64,000 bases of DNA from Clostridia bacterium (GTDB lineage: Bacteria > Bacillota > Clostridia > Oscillospirales > CAG-272). Position 1 is the first letter of the stretch. The number at the start of each line of letters is the position of its first letter. The stretch spans positions 21,084 to 85,083 of the forward strand of contig CAAFYZ010000036.1 in NCBI GenBank assembly GCA_900767415.1. Direction: 5' to 3'. This document shows positions 1 through 8,964 of the stretch, in pieces. The notes beneath the pieces were generated by a model. That model made no database searches, was not told the origin of the DNA, and saw only the letters and a program-made list of their open reading frames with translations. The position numbers were made by a program, and so were the translations under genes.

Positions 1-602
1 ATGTCGAGATGGTTGGTCGGCTCGTCGAGCATGAGAACATCCGGTTCCGTCGCGAGCAGACGCGCGAGAGCGAGACGGGTGTATTGTCCGCCCGAGAGCG
101 TGGCGATCTTTTGCGTCAGTTGCTCTTCGGTAAAGCCGAGGCGAAGGAGCATCCCGCGGGAGAGGGAGCGAAAGCGGTTGCCGCCCTCCGCTTCGTAACG
201 GCGGCGCACTTCGTCGAGTGAGTGGGAGAGGGCGGAGAGTTTTTCTTCGTCTTCTTTCGGCGTGCGGGCGAGTTCTTCTTCGAGCCGCGCAATCTCTTCT
301 TCCGCGGCGAGCAGATCGGGGAACGCCGTGATCATATAGTCGAGCATGGTGTGATCGGCGGGGAGAGCGGAGAGGTCCGGATTCTGTTCCAGAATACCGA
401 TCTTATGCCCTTTTTGCAGATACACGGCACCGCTGTCGGGAGTGAGTTCTCCGCCGATCAGGCGGAACAGCGTGGTTTTTCCCGCTCCGTTGACGCCGAT
501 GATGCCGACCTTGTCTCCGTCGTTTACCGCGAAGGAGACGTCGGAGAGGATCACATCGGTGCCGAAGGCAAGGGAGAGATCGGAGACGGAGAGCGCAATC
601 AT
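1..602 (-). CDS. ABC-F family ATP-binding protein, N-terminal part (gene runs off the window start)
   Basis: Own minus-strand translation from ATG at 602 (absent from the ORF track because it is truncated): MIALSVSDLSLAFG...GIIGVNGAGKTTLFRLI (Walker A)...LSGGQYTRLALARLL (signature)...LMLDEPTNHLD (Walker B). The long acidic helical stretch inserted within NBD1 is ABC-F-like. Confidence 0.8.
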   Translation of the reverse strand, partial: MIALSVSDLSLAFGTDVILSDVSFAVNDGDKVGIIGVNGAGKTTLFRLIGGELTPDSGAVYLQKGHKIGILEQNPDLSALPADHTMLDYMITAFPDLLAAEEEIARLEEELARTPKEDEEKLSALSHSLDEVRRRYEAEGGNRFRSLSRGMLLRLGFTEEQLTQKIATLSGGQYTRLALARLLATEPDVLMLDEPTNHLD

Positions 603-905
603 GGCGGATCCTTTCTGTGTGAAAAATGTTCTTTTGCTATTTTATCACAAAACCGGGAGAAAATCAAGAGCGCGCGTCGGGAGAAAAGCAAAGGTTGCAT
701 ATTTATGCGTATAATGCACAATTTCAGACAGAAAACTGGAAAAAGAAAAGAGGGCGGAACCCCGTCGCTTTGACGAATTTTTCCCCGTATTTTCTTTTCA
801 AAACGAAAAATCCGACGGTTTTGCGCACAGATTGCACAAAAAACGGGGGATTCCCGCAGAAAACGCATAAAAATTCAATAAACATGAATTTTTTTGCAAA
901 AACTC

Positions 906-934
906 TTGACAAAGCGGAAAAAGAGGTGTATAAT
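906..934 (+). promoter_or_regulatory. sigma-A type promoter of the amino-acid ABC operon
   Basis: TTGACA (906-911), 17-nt spacer, TATAAT (929-934), 58 nt upstream of the ATG at 992. Confidence 0.65.
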
Positions 935-991
935 GAGTCCATCAAAAACGAAACGGGGACGGCAGTCCCGCGAAACGGAAAGGAAACCGAA

Positions 992-1813
992 ATGAAAAAA
1001 ATATTTGCATTGCTTCTTTGCCTTGTCCTTGCGGCAGGATGTGCCTTTTCTCTGTCTTCCTGCGGTGAGGATCGACTGACGGTTTATACCGAGGCGGGGT
1101 TTGCTCCCTTTGAATACATCAAGGACGGCAGGATCGTCGGTGTGGACATCGACATCATGCAGCTCGTCGCCGAAAAACTCGGGAAGACGCTTGTGGTCGA
1201 AAATGTGGAATTCGACAAGATCATCGACGCGGTCAAAGAAGGGAAGCTGACCAAGGTCGGCGCCGCCGGTCTCTCGATCAACGAGGAGAGAAAAGCAGTG
1301 GTGGACTTCTCGAAGGAATACTATACCGCGAATCTTTACGTCATTTATAAAAAAGCCGATGCCGCGACGTATGAGAGTCCGACGACCGACGGTGTCACGG
1401 GCGTCTATTGGGACAGTCTGAAAGGCAAGAAGGTCGCCGTGCAAAACGGCACGACCTCCGATATCTTCCTCGCCGACGAACTGAGCGGCGGGACGCTTTC
1501 GGGCAGCGGTGCGCAGAAGACCGGTTTTTCCTCTCTCGCATCGGCACTCTCCGACATCGGGCTGAACAGCGATGTTCTTATCATCGACGAACTCCCCGCG
1601 AAAAAACTCGTGGAAGGAAAAGACGATCTCACCTGTGCCCCCCTGTATTGGAAAGGCGAGGCGGGCGAGGCCGACTCGGTGGCGTGCGATACGTACGCGA
1701 TCTGCGTGACGAAGGGAGAGACCGAGATTCTGAACGCGATCAACGAAGTGCTGGACGAACTCGGGAAAGAGGGCATCGAGGCGCTGATCAACAAGCATCT
1801 CGGCATTCAGTAA
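992..1813 (+). CDS. amino-acid ABC transporter substrate-binding lipoprotein (PBP family 3)
   Basis: ORF 626..1813 trimmed to ATG 992 behind GGAAAGGA. Lipoprotein signal MKKIFALLLCLVLAAGCAFSLSSC. Polar amino-acid-binding-protein blocks present (TEAGFAPFEY, VGVDIDIM, IIDELPA). First gene of an SBP-permease-ATPase operon. Confidence 0.85.
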   Translation: MKKIFALLLCLVLAAGCAFSLSSCGEDRLTVYTEAGFAPFEYIKDGRIVGVDIDIMQLVAEKLGKTLVVENVEFDKIIDAVKEGKLTKVGAAGLSINEERKAVVDFSKEYYTANLYVIYKKADAATYESPTTDGVTGVYWDSLKGKKVAVQNGTTSDIFLADELSGGTLSGSGAQKTGFSSLASALSDIGLNSDVLIIDELPAKKLVEGKDDLTCAPLYWKGEAGEADSVACDTYAICVTKGETEILNAINEVLDELGKEGIEALINKHLGIQ

Positions 1814-1908
1814 AAGAAAAAAAGAGACGGCGAAAAGGGAAGGGCACGCTTCCTTTTCCGTCGGCTTCTTTGTGTTTTCGGTAAAAATACAAACAGAGGG
1901 ATTTTGCT

Positions 1909-2607
1909 ATGTTACAGGACATCGGGCGTATTCTCTCCTCGGGAGAGATGCGCGGTTACATTTTTCAGGGGTTCGGGAATACCCTGTTGCTTGCCGTGAC
2001 GGCGGCGTTTCTCGGTCTGATTCTCGGCTTTATCGTCGCAATCGTCAAGATTGCCGCCGAACATAATAAATATATGAAGATTCCCGCCGCGATCTGCCAC
2101 GTTTACACGACGGTTTTCCGCGGCACACCCGTTGCCTTACAGCTTTTTATTCTTGTTTTCGCCGTGTTTGCCATTCCGGGGTTCAAGCCCTATGCGGCGA
2201 TTCTTACCTTCGGGATCAACTCGGGTGCTTACGTCTCGGAGAATATCCGCGCCGGCATCGAGTCGGTGGATAAAGGGCAGATGGAGGCGGGGCGCGCGCT
2301 CGGCATGAGCTGGGGGCGCACGATGATCCGCGTCGTCCTTCCGCAGGCGGTGAAGAATATCATTCCCGCCATCGGCAACGAGATGATCGCTCTTCTGAAA
2401 GAGACGTCCATCATTATCATGATCGGTGCGACGCCGGGGACGATCACCTTCGATCTGAATGCGGCGGCGAATACCATCTACCGCCAGATCCCGAACTACC
2501 TTGCGAGTGGTCTGATCGTCGGTGCCTGTTATCTCGCTATCGTGTATCTGATGGTCCTCGGAGTAAAAATTGTAGAAAGGAAGTTAAAAGCCGGTGATCA
2601 GCGTTAG
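1909..2607 (+). CDS. amino-acid ABC transporter permease (His/Glu/Gln/Arg/opine family)
   Basis: 232-aa polytopic protein with the conserved cytoplasmic loop [20 protein letters not shown]. Lies between the SBP and ATPase genes. Confidence 0.85.
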   Translation: MLQDIGRILSSGEMRGYIFQGFGNTLLLAVTAAFLGLILGFIVAIVKIAAEHNKYMKIPAAICHVYTTVFRGTPVALQLFILVFAVFAIPGFKPYAAILTFGINSGAYVSENIRAGIESVDKGQMEAGRALGMSWGRTMIRVVLPQAVKNIIPAIGNEMIALLKETSIIIMIGATPGTITFDLNAAANTIYRQIPNYLASGLIVGACYLAIVYLMVLGVKIVERKLKAGDQR

Positions 2608-3517
2608 AAATATCTATAAAGACTTCGGGAAACTTTCGGTGCTCCGCCGCGTTTCCTGCGAAATCGGAAAAGGGGAGAAGATCGCCATTATCGGTCCGTC
2701 GGGCGGGGGGAAAAGCACGTTGCTCCGCTGTATGAACCTGATGGAAGAGCCGACCTACGGCGAGGTTTGGATCGACGGAGAACTTCTGACACCCGTCGAC
2801 CCGTATCTGCATTTTGACGTGATCCGCACCTCCGATACCTATCGGAGACTTCTTGCGGTGCGCCGCACGGAGAAGCCGGAAGAAGACCCCGCCGCGGCAG
2901 ACGCCGAGGTCATTCGCGACATCAAAGAAAACGACCTTCTGAAACTGAAAGAAGGGAAAGCGTATCGCCGCGCCATCGCGGCACTGGAAGAAGAAAAGCG
3001 GATTCCGATCGACCTCGCCCGCCGCCGTATGGGTATGGTATTCCAGCATTTCAATCTGTTCGCGAATCTTACCGTATTGCAAAATCTTATGCTCGCCCCG
3101 ACCGAACTGCATCTTCTTACCAAAGAGGAGGCGGAAGAGAAGGCGATGGGACTGCTCGCCCGCATCGGACTTGCCGATAAGAAGGACGAATATCCCGGGC
3201 GTCTTTCGGGCGGGCAAAAGCAGAGGATTGCGATCGTGCGCGCTCTGATGATGTCTCCCGAGGTCATGCTGTTCGACGAGCCGACGAGTGCCCTTGACCC
3301 CGAGATGGTCGGAGAGGTTCTCGACCTGATCCGCGACCTTGCCGACGAAGGCATGACGATGGTCATCGTCACCCACGAGATGGGATTCGCGCGCGAGGTC
3401 GCCGACAGAGTTCTCTTCATTGCGGACGGCGGCATCGCCGAAGAAGGCACTCCGGAAGAAATCTTCACAGAGCCGAAGACCCCCCGTCTCCGCGAGTTTT
3501 TAAGTAAGGTTTTGTAA
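2594..3517 (+). CDS. amino-acid ABC transporter ATP-binding protein with a ~60-aa insertion between Walker A and the Q-loop
   Basis: GTG start overlapping the permease stop by 14 nt. Motifs: GPSGGGKST (Walker A), MVFQHFNLF (Q-loop), [26 protein letters not shown] (Walker B), VTHEM (H-loop). 307 aa, longer than I recall for typical GlnQ-type ATPases. Confidence 0.85.
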   Translation: MISVRNIYKDFGKLSVLRRVSCEIGKGEKIAIIGPSGGGKSTLLRCMNLMEEPTYGEVWIDGELLTPVDPYLHFDVIRTSDTYRRLLAVRRTEKPEEDPAAADAEVIRDIKENDLLKLKEGKAYRRAIAALEEEKRIPIDLARRRMGMVFQHFNLFANLTVLQNLMLAPTELHLLTKEEAEEKAMGLLARIGLADKKDEYPGRLSGGQKQRIAIVRALMMSPEVMLFDEPTSALDPEMVGEVLDLIRDLADEGMTMVIVTHEMGFAREVADRVLFIADGGIAEEGTPEEIFTEPKTPRLREFLSKVL

Positions 3518-3567
3518 AGAAACATTCGCAAAACGACAAATTTAAAAAGAAAAAAGGAGAAAATGCC

Positions 3568-3987
3568 GTGGAATACAAGAGATTCGGGAACACCGTCATC
3601 GTGAGAATGGATCCGGGAGAAGAGATTCTCGGACAGTTAAAAGCGGTAGCGGAAAAAGAGAAAATCCGTCTCGCAAGCATCACGGCGCTCGGTGCCGTGC
3701 GCGAGTTTACCGTCGGCGTCTATAAAACTGCGGAAAAGAAATATTACGCCAACGATTTTTGCGGGAACTTTGAGATCACCTCCTTAACGGGGAGCGTGAG
3801 TACCATGGACGGTGCCTGCTATCTTCACCTGCACATGAGCGCGGGAAATGAAAAAGGTGAGGTATTCGGCGGGCATCTGAACCGCGCGATCGTCAGCGCG
3901 ACCTGCGAGGCGGTGATCACCGTGATCGACGGAGAGGTCGACCGCCGCTTTGACGAAGAGATCGGACTGAATCTGTTTCGCTTTTAA
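3568..3987 (+). CDS. PPC (DUF296) domain protein
   Basis: 139 aa. Blocks FEITSLTGSVS, CYLHLHMSAG and GEVFGGHL are typical of the PPC/DUF296 fold as I recall it. Confidence 0.7.
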   Translation: MEYKRFGNTVIVRMDPGEEILGQLKAVAEKEKIRLASITALGAVREFTVGVYKTAEKKYYANDFCGNFEITSLTGSVSTMDGACYLHLHMSAGNEKGEVFGGHLNRAIVSATCEAVITVIDGEVDRRFDEEIGLNLFRF

Positions 3988-4014
3988 GTCCCGCCCCCCC
4001 GGGACACCCGATAC

Positions 4015-4070
4015 AAAAAGAAAACCCCTTCCGACGCCGTGCAAAAGACACGCTTTCGGAAGGGGTTTTC
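4015..4070. terminator. bidirectional intrinsic terminator between convergent genes
   Basis: Arms aaccccttccga (4023-4034) and tcggaaggggtt (4056-4067), with an A-run upstream and a T-run downstream. Confidence 0.6.
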
Positions 4071-4088
4071 TCGGTCTTCGGAGCGAAG

Positions 4089-5021
4089 TTATCCTCTCTC
4101 CAAAATAGCGAGCAGTTTCCGGAAATCCGCGGGAAGGGGACACTCAAAGGTCATCGTCTCCCCCGTGCGCGGGTGGCGGAGGGTCAGCCGCTTTGCGTGC
4201 AGTGCCTGCCCGTGCAGGAGCGCGGAATGTTCTTTTTCAAAGCGGGTGTGCCCGCCGCCGTAGAGCGTGTCGCCGAGCAGCGGGTGTCCGAGTGCCGCCA
4301 TGTGCACGCGGATCTGATGAGTGCGTCCCGTTTCAAGGTGCAGTTTCAGATAGGTCACCGCGCCGAAGTCGCCGATCACCTCGTAGTGCGTAACGGCGGG
4401 GCGGGAGGTGTGCGTGCCGTCTTTGATGACCGCCATCTTTTTGCGGTCGACGGGGTGCCTGCCGATCGGAAGATCGACCGTGCCGACGGGGGTGCGGAAT
4501 CCGCCGTTTGCCAGCGCGTGATATTCTCTTTCGATATGATGCCCTTCCAGTTCGGCGGCGAGGGCACGGTGCGCCTCGTCGTTCTTTGCCACGACGAGAA
4601 GACCGCTCGTGTCCTTGTCGATCCGATGCACGATTCCCGGGCGGAGGACGCCGTTGATCCCCGAGAGTTGCCCGCGGCAGTGGTGGAGCAGGGCGTTGAC
4701 GAGCGTTCCGTCGGGATTCCCGGGGGCGGGATGCACGACCATGCCCTTCGGCTTGTTGATCACGAGAATATCCGCGTCTTCGTAGAGAATGTCGAGCGGA
4801 ATGGCCTCGGGGCGCGCCTCGGGGAGAGTCGGCTCTCTCTCCTGCAGAAAGATTTCGTCCCCCGCGCGTACTTCATACCGCTTCGGGAGGACGGCGCCGT
4901 TCACCTTGACGTCTCCTTCTTCGATTCTTTTTGCCGCCGCGGATCGGGAGAGCGAAGAGAGGCGGGAGACGGCAGCGTCCAGCCGTTCTCCCGCCTCTTT
5001 TTCGGATATCAGAAATATCAT
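4089..5021 (-). CDS. rluD: RluD-family 23S rRNA pseudouridine synthase
   Basis: ORF 4089..5387 trimmed to ATG 5021 (MIFLISEKEAGERLD). S4 domain, then HRIDKDTSGLLVVAK catalytic block and GRTHQIRVH. Start overlaps the lspA stop (ATGA). Confidence 0.9.
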   Translation of the reverse strand: MIFLISEKEAGERLDAAVSRLSSLSRSAAAKRIEEGDVKVNGAVLPKRYEVRAGDEIFLQEREPTLPEARPEAIPLDILYEDADILVINKPKGMVVHPAPGNPDGTLVNALLHHCRGQLSGINGVLRPGIVHRIDKDTSGLLVVAKNDEAHRALAAELEGHHIEREYHALANGGFRTPVGTVDLPIGRHPVDRKKMAVIKDGTHTSRPAVTHYEVIGDFGAVTYLKLHLETGRTHQIRVHMAALGHPLLGDTLYGGGHTRFEKEHSALLHGQALHAKRLTLRHPRTGETMTFECPLPADFRKLLAILERG

Positions 5022-5515
5022 GGATTCTTCTTTTCCTTTTTTTCGTGGAGAATGTCGAGAATCAGAGAGAGGACGAGCAGTCCCGCTCCGACACAGACAA
5101 AAGAGTCCGCCCCGTTGAACACGGCAAAATGAATCAGGCGGAAGTCGATGAAGTCGATGACATAGCCGAGCGCGATGCGGTCGATCATGTTGCCGATGCC
5201 GCCCGATACGATCATCGAGAAGGCGACGGTCGCGAGCGTCCCCCGCGCGTAGCCGAAGAAAAGATAGACGGCGATGCCGACGATGGCAACGGTCGAGAGG
5301 ACAAGAAAGACCCATCTCGCGTCTTTCATCATGCCGAAGGCGGCACCCGTATTTTCCACATAGGTCAGGTGAAGGACGTTTTTCCACAGGGGGACCGTGT
5401 CCACGGGTGCAAGATAGCGCACGGCAAGAAATTTTGTCAGCTGATCGAGAAAAATCCCGCCGAGGATGATACCGATCATCAGAAAATACGTGCCGCGCGG
5501 CAGTTTTTTTATCAT
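5018..5515 (-). CDS. lspA: lipoprotein signal peptidase II
   Basis: 165 aa. Blocks DQLTK, NTGAAFG, GGIGNMIDR and FNGADSF. Classic lspA-rluD pairing. Confidence 0.9.
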   Translation of the reverse strand: MIKKLPRGTYFLMIGIILGGIFLDQLTKFLAVRYLAPVDTVPLWKNVLHLTYVENTGAAFGMMKDARWVFLVLSTVAIVGIAVYLFFGYARGTLATVAFSMIVSGGIGNMIDRIALGYVIDFIDFRLIHFAVFNGADSFVCVGAGLLVLSLILDILHEKKEKKNP

Positions 5516-5553
5516 GAGAATACCCCGCTTTCTTTTATGATCCGAGGCGCGCG

Positions 5554-5826
5554 TCAGAGAGAGGGCAAAAACATCTGCGCGATCGCGATCAGAAGATATG
5601 TGAGACTGAAAGACCAGTCGATCGGGGAATCCTGCCCGATGTTGAACCGTACGAGAAGTGCCCGCACGGGAGCGATGAACGGCTCGGTGACGACGGCGAG
5701 AAAATTCAGAAGCCGACTGTCCTCGTCAAAGACGAAAAAGGAGAGCAGCATACGAAGCAGCATGGCAAGGGAGACTGCGGACAGGAGCAGATTGACCGTC
5801 CGCGCGAAAATATCGAGGATTACCAA
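5554..5826 (-). CDS. YggT family membrane protein
   Basis: 90-aa two-TM protein directly downstream of sepF. Position and size fit the yggS-sepF-yggT unit. Confidence 0.75.
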   Translation of the reverse strand: MVILDIFARTVNLLLSAVSLAMLLRMLLSFFVFDEDSRLLNFLAVVTEPFIAPVRALLVRFNIGQDSPIDWSFSLTYLLIAIAQMFLPSL

Positions 5827-5860
5827 TTCGGCTCCTTTCCTTTTCCCGTAAAACCGGGGT

Positions 5861-6262
5861 TTATTTTTCGCTGACGTCGACGTCGCGGGGCGTGACGATA
5901 TAGGTCGTCTGGGCGACCTGCTTGATCTCGCCGTCGGTGGAGTAGGTTACCCCGTTCAGAAAATCCAGCATACGGACGACCGACATACGATCCAGTGCTT
6001 CGAGGTTCAGAACGACGGTGCAGCCGGCGAGCAGATGGTCGGCGATCGTGCTGACGTCGGCGAAGGACTCCGGACGGACGACCTTCAGCTCGATGTTGCT
6101 CTCCGTCCCCGTTTTGATAGAGGAGGTGAGCGGTGCCGGCTCGGGCATCGGAGCGGGGATGTCCGCTCTCGCGGGGGCGGCGGCAGTGTCGTAATCCCGG
6201 AACGAGATCTCCTCTGTCTGTTTTGCTTTTTCTTTCAGTTTGTCAGCCCATTTTTCAAACAT
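5861..6262 (-). CDS. sepF: cell division protein SepF
   Basis: ORF trimmed to ATG 6262 behind AAGGAGGAAAAC. The C-terminal domain VVRPESFADVSTIADHLLAGCTVVLNLEALD...RMLDFLNGVTY is typical of SepF. Confidence 0.85.
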   Translation of the reverse strand: MFEKWADKLKEKAKQTEEISFRDYDTAAAPARADIPAPMPEPAPLTSSIKTGTESNIELKVVRPESFADVSTIADHLLAGCTVVLNLEALDRMSVVRMLDFLNGVTYSTDGEIKQVAQTTYIVTPRDVDVSEK

Positions 6263-6275
6263 TTTGTTTTCCTCC

Positions 6276-6971
6276 TTACGTTCGGACAAACAGACGGCGT
6301 CCGACGCGCACAAGCGTCGAACCTTCTTCCGCCGCGACGCCGTAGCTGTCGCTCATTCCCATGGAGAGAACGGGGGAGTCGGTCTCGTAGCCGTATTGTT
6401 CGCCGATTTTATCAAATATTTTTTTGGTCAATCGAAAATAGGGGCGGATCGCCTCGGGATCTTCCGAGAAGGGACCCATCGTCATGACGCCGCACAGCCG
6501 CAGGTGGGGGAAGGCGCGCACCGCTTCGTAAAAGCGGAGGGCGTCCTCGGGGAAAATCCCGCTTTTGCTCTCTTCTTTCGCGCTGTTGATCTCGATCAGC
6601 ACAGGCATACGGATCCCGAGGGCGGCGGCGCGCCGTTCGATCTCTTCCGCCAGGGGGAGGGAGGAGAGGGAGTGGATCATCGCGGTCACGGGGAGAATGC
6701 TTTTCACCTTGTTCGTCTGCAGATGGCCGATCTCGTGCATACGCACGGCGTATCCCGCATCGTCGAGCATACGCTTTCTGCGCAGGACTTCCTGCGGGCG
6801 GTTCTCCGCCATATCGCATACGCCGAGGGCGGCGAGGGCGAGGACTTCGTCGTCCGAGGCGCTCTTGGTTACGGCGACGAGCGTTATCTCGTCGCCCCGC
6901 CCGTTTGCATGGCGGGCGATGGTATCTTTTACGACATCGAGATTCTCGCGAAGATAAGAGTAGGATTCCAT
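6276..6971 (-). CDS. YggS/YlmE family pyridoxal-phosphate-binding protein
   Basis: 231 aa. Blocks LVAVTKSAS (PLP lysine), HEIGHLQTNKV, SMGMSDSY and RVGRRLF. Confidence 0.85.
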   Translation of the reverse strand: MESYSYLRENLDVVKDTIARHANGRGDEITLVAVTKSASDDEVLALAALGVCDMAENRPQEVLRRKRMLDDAGYAVRMHEIGHLQTNKVKSILPVTAMIHSLSSLPLAEEIERRAAALGIRMPVLIEINSAKEESKSGIFPEDALRFYEAVRAFPHLRLCGVMTMGPFSEDPEAIRPYFRLTKKIFDKIGEQYGYETDSPVLSMGMSDSYGVAAEEGSTLVRVGRRLFVRT

Positions 6972-7095
6972 GGTTTCCTCACAGGGGACAGTATTTCATC
7001 ATGTAATATAGACCATTATAACACAAGAAAAGAAAAGATTTCAAGTCTTTTTGAAAAATATTTTCGCGCGAGAGAAAAAGAGAAGGGCAAAAGTC

Positions 7096-7124
7096 TTGAT
7101 TTTGCGGTCGGAATGTGCTATACT
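7096..7124 (+). promoter_or_regulatory. sigma-A type promoter of mrnC-hisS
   Basis: TTGATT (7096-7101), 17-nt spacer, TATACT (7119-7124). Confidence 0.6.
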
Positions 7125-7180
7125 GATATCAATTTACAGCGTGCGGCAGGCAGACCGTCAAGACCGCGGAAAGGAGTCCC

Positions 7181-7594
7181 ATGCACGGAAAAATCACGGG
7201 TGCCTCTTTGCCCGCTCCTCTCGCGCTCGCCTATCTCGGCGACGCGGTGTATTCTCTGTACGTCAGACGCCGTCTGATTGCGGAGGGGTGCGAAAAGTCC
7301 GGGGCATTGAACGAGGCGGCACTCGGCTATGTGACAGCCGAGGCGCAGGCGACGCTCATGCGCCGTATGGAGCCGCATCTTTCGGAGGACGAGCATGATG
7401 TCTTCCGCCGTGCGGCGAACTCCACGAAGCTGCGCCGACCGAAGCACGCGAGTGCGTCGGATTATCGCCTTGCTACGGGATTCGAGGCGGTGCTCGGTAT
7501 GCTCTTCTGGATCGGAGACGTGCCGCGCATCGAAGAACTTCTGCGCGCCGCCGAAACGGGAGAGACGCCCGAAATCAAAGAAAAGGATGACTGA
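7181..7594 (+). CDS. mrnC: mini-ribonuclease III
   Basis: 137 aa. Blocks ALAYLGDAVYSLYVR (RNase III signature region) and ATGFEAVLGMLF. Confidence 0.85.
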   Translation: MHGKITGASLPAPLALAYLGDAVYSLYVRRRLIAEGCEKSGALNEAALGYVTAEAQATLMRRMEPHLSEDEHDVFRRAANSTKLRRPKHASASDYRLATGFEAVLGMLFWIGDVPRIEELLRAAETGETPEIKEKDD

Positions 7595-7596
7595 CA

Positions 7597-8841
7597 ATGA
7601 TACGTAAAATCAAAGGTACGATGGATCTCTTTCCCGAGGATACGCTCCTCTTCCGCCATATTGAAAAGGTCATGAGAGAAGAGGCCGAGGCATACGGCTA
7701 CGGAGAGATCCGCACGCCGATGTTCGAGAATACGGAGCTGTTTGTCCGCGGCGTCGGCGATACGACCGACGTGGTGCAGAAGGAGATGTATACCTTCAAC
7801 GACCGCGACGAGAACCGTTCGATCTCCCTCCGCCCCGAGGGGACGGCGTCGGTCGTGCGCGCACTGATCGAGGACGGGAAATGTTCCGAGCCGATGCCCC
7901 TGAAATATTATTACATCATCTCCTGCTTCCGCCACGAAAAACCGCAGGCGGGACGCAGCCGCGAGTTTTTCCAGTTCGGCACCGAGATGTTCGGTGCGGA
8001 GAGCCCCGCCGCCGACGCGACGGCGATCTCCCTCGCCGCTTCGGTTCTTCGCCGTCTCGGACTGTCCGACGTCCGCCTGCATCTCAATTCGATCGGGTGT
8101 AAAAAATGCCGTCCCGACTACCGTGCCGCTTTGGTAAAGCATTTTACCGCGCACGAGTCGGAGCTTTGCGATACCTGCCGCGAGCGTCTTGTGAAGAACC
8201 CGCTCCGCCTTCTCGATTGCAAGAACCCCGCCTGCCACGCGATCGCCGCGTGCGCGCCCCGCACGGTGGACTACCTGTGCGACGAGTGCCGTGAGAAGTT
8301 CGAGGGGCTGAAATCCTGCCTTGACGCGATGGGGATTGCCTATACCGTCGACCCCTCCATCGTCCGCGGACTGGACTATTATACCAACACCGTCTTTGAA
8401 TTTATCGCCGAGGGCATCGGCGCGCAGTCGACCGTCTGCGGCGGCGGACGCTACGACGGACTGGTCGCCTCGCTCGGCGGTCCGGATCTTCCCGGCATCG
8501 GCTTCGGCATGGGGCTGACGCGCGTGATCCTCGCGATGAAAGAGAAGGGGCTTGCCGATCTTTCCGCTCCCGCACCGAAAGTATATATCGCCTCGCTCGG
8601 CGCGCGGGCGACGATCCGCGCCGCCGCCATTGTCGAGCGTCTCCGCCGCTTTGGCGTGTACGCCGAGTGTGATCTCGTCGGCAGAAGTCTAAAATCGCAG
8701 ATGAAATACGCCGACAAAATCCACGCCGCCTATACGCTGATTCTCGGCGACAGCGAGATCGACTCCGGGCGTGCGAACCTTCGCAACATGGCGGACGGAA
8801 CGCAGACGGAAGTCGATATTGACAACTTTGATTTTCATTAA
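7597..8841 (+). CDS. hisS: histidine--tRNA ligase
   Basis: 414 aa. Blocks KGTMDLFPED, GEIRTPMFE, FRHEKPQAGRSREF, GGGRYDGL and an anticodon-binding C-terminus. Confidence 0.95.
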   Translation: MIRKIKGTMDLFPEDTLLFRHIEKVMREEAEAYGYGEIRTPMFENTELFVRGVGDTTDVVQKEMYTFNDRDENRSISLRPEGTASVVRALIEDGKCSEPMPLKYYYIISCFRHEKPQAGRSREFFQFGTEMFGAESPAADATAISLAASVLRRLGLSDVRLHLNSIGCKKCRPDYRAALVKHFTAHESELCDTCRERLVKNPLRLLDCKNPACHAIAACAPRTVDYLCDECREKFEGLKSCLDAMGIAYTVDPSIVRGLDYYTNTVFEFIAEGIGAQSTVCGGGRYDGLVASLGGPDLPGIGFGMGLTRVILAMKEKGLADLSAPAPKVYIASLGARATIRAAAIVERLRRFGVYAECDLVGRSLKSQMKYADKIHAAYTLILGDSEIDSGRANLRNMADGTQTEVDIDNFDFH

Positions 8842-8964
8842 CGATACTTTTCCGCCCTTTCCCGAACAGCCGTCGGGAGAGGACGGGTACGAAAAATGCG
8901 TGATCGCTCCGAAACGGCGACCGGCGCATTTTTCTTTCCGCAGAAAATTCGGGAGGCAGAATTC

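Noticed and set aside
4089-5387. Full 432-aa ORF as the RluD protein.
   Set aside because: The first ~120 codons overlap lspA in another frame and encode Arg/His-rich nonsense. ATG 5021 gives the canonical S4-domain N-terminus and an ATGA junction with lspA.
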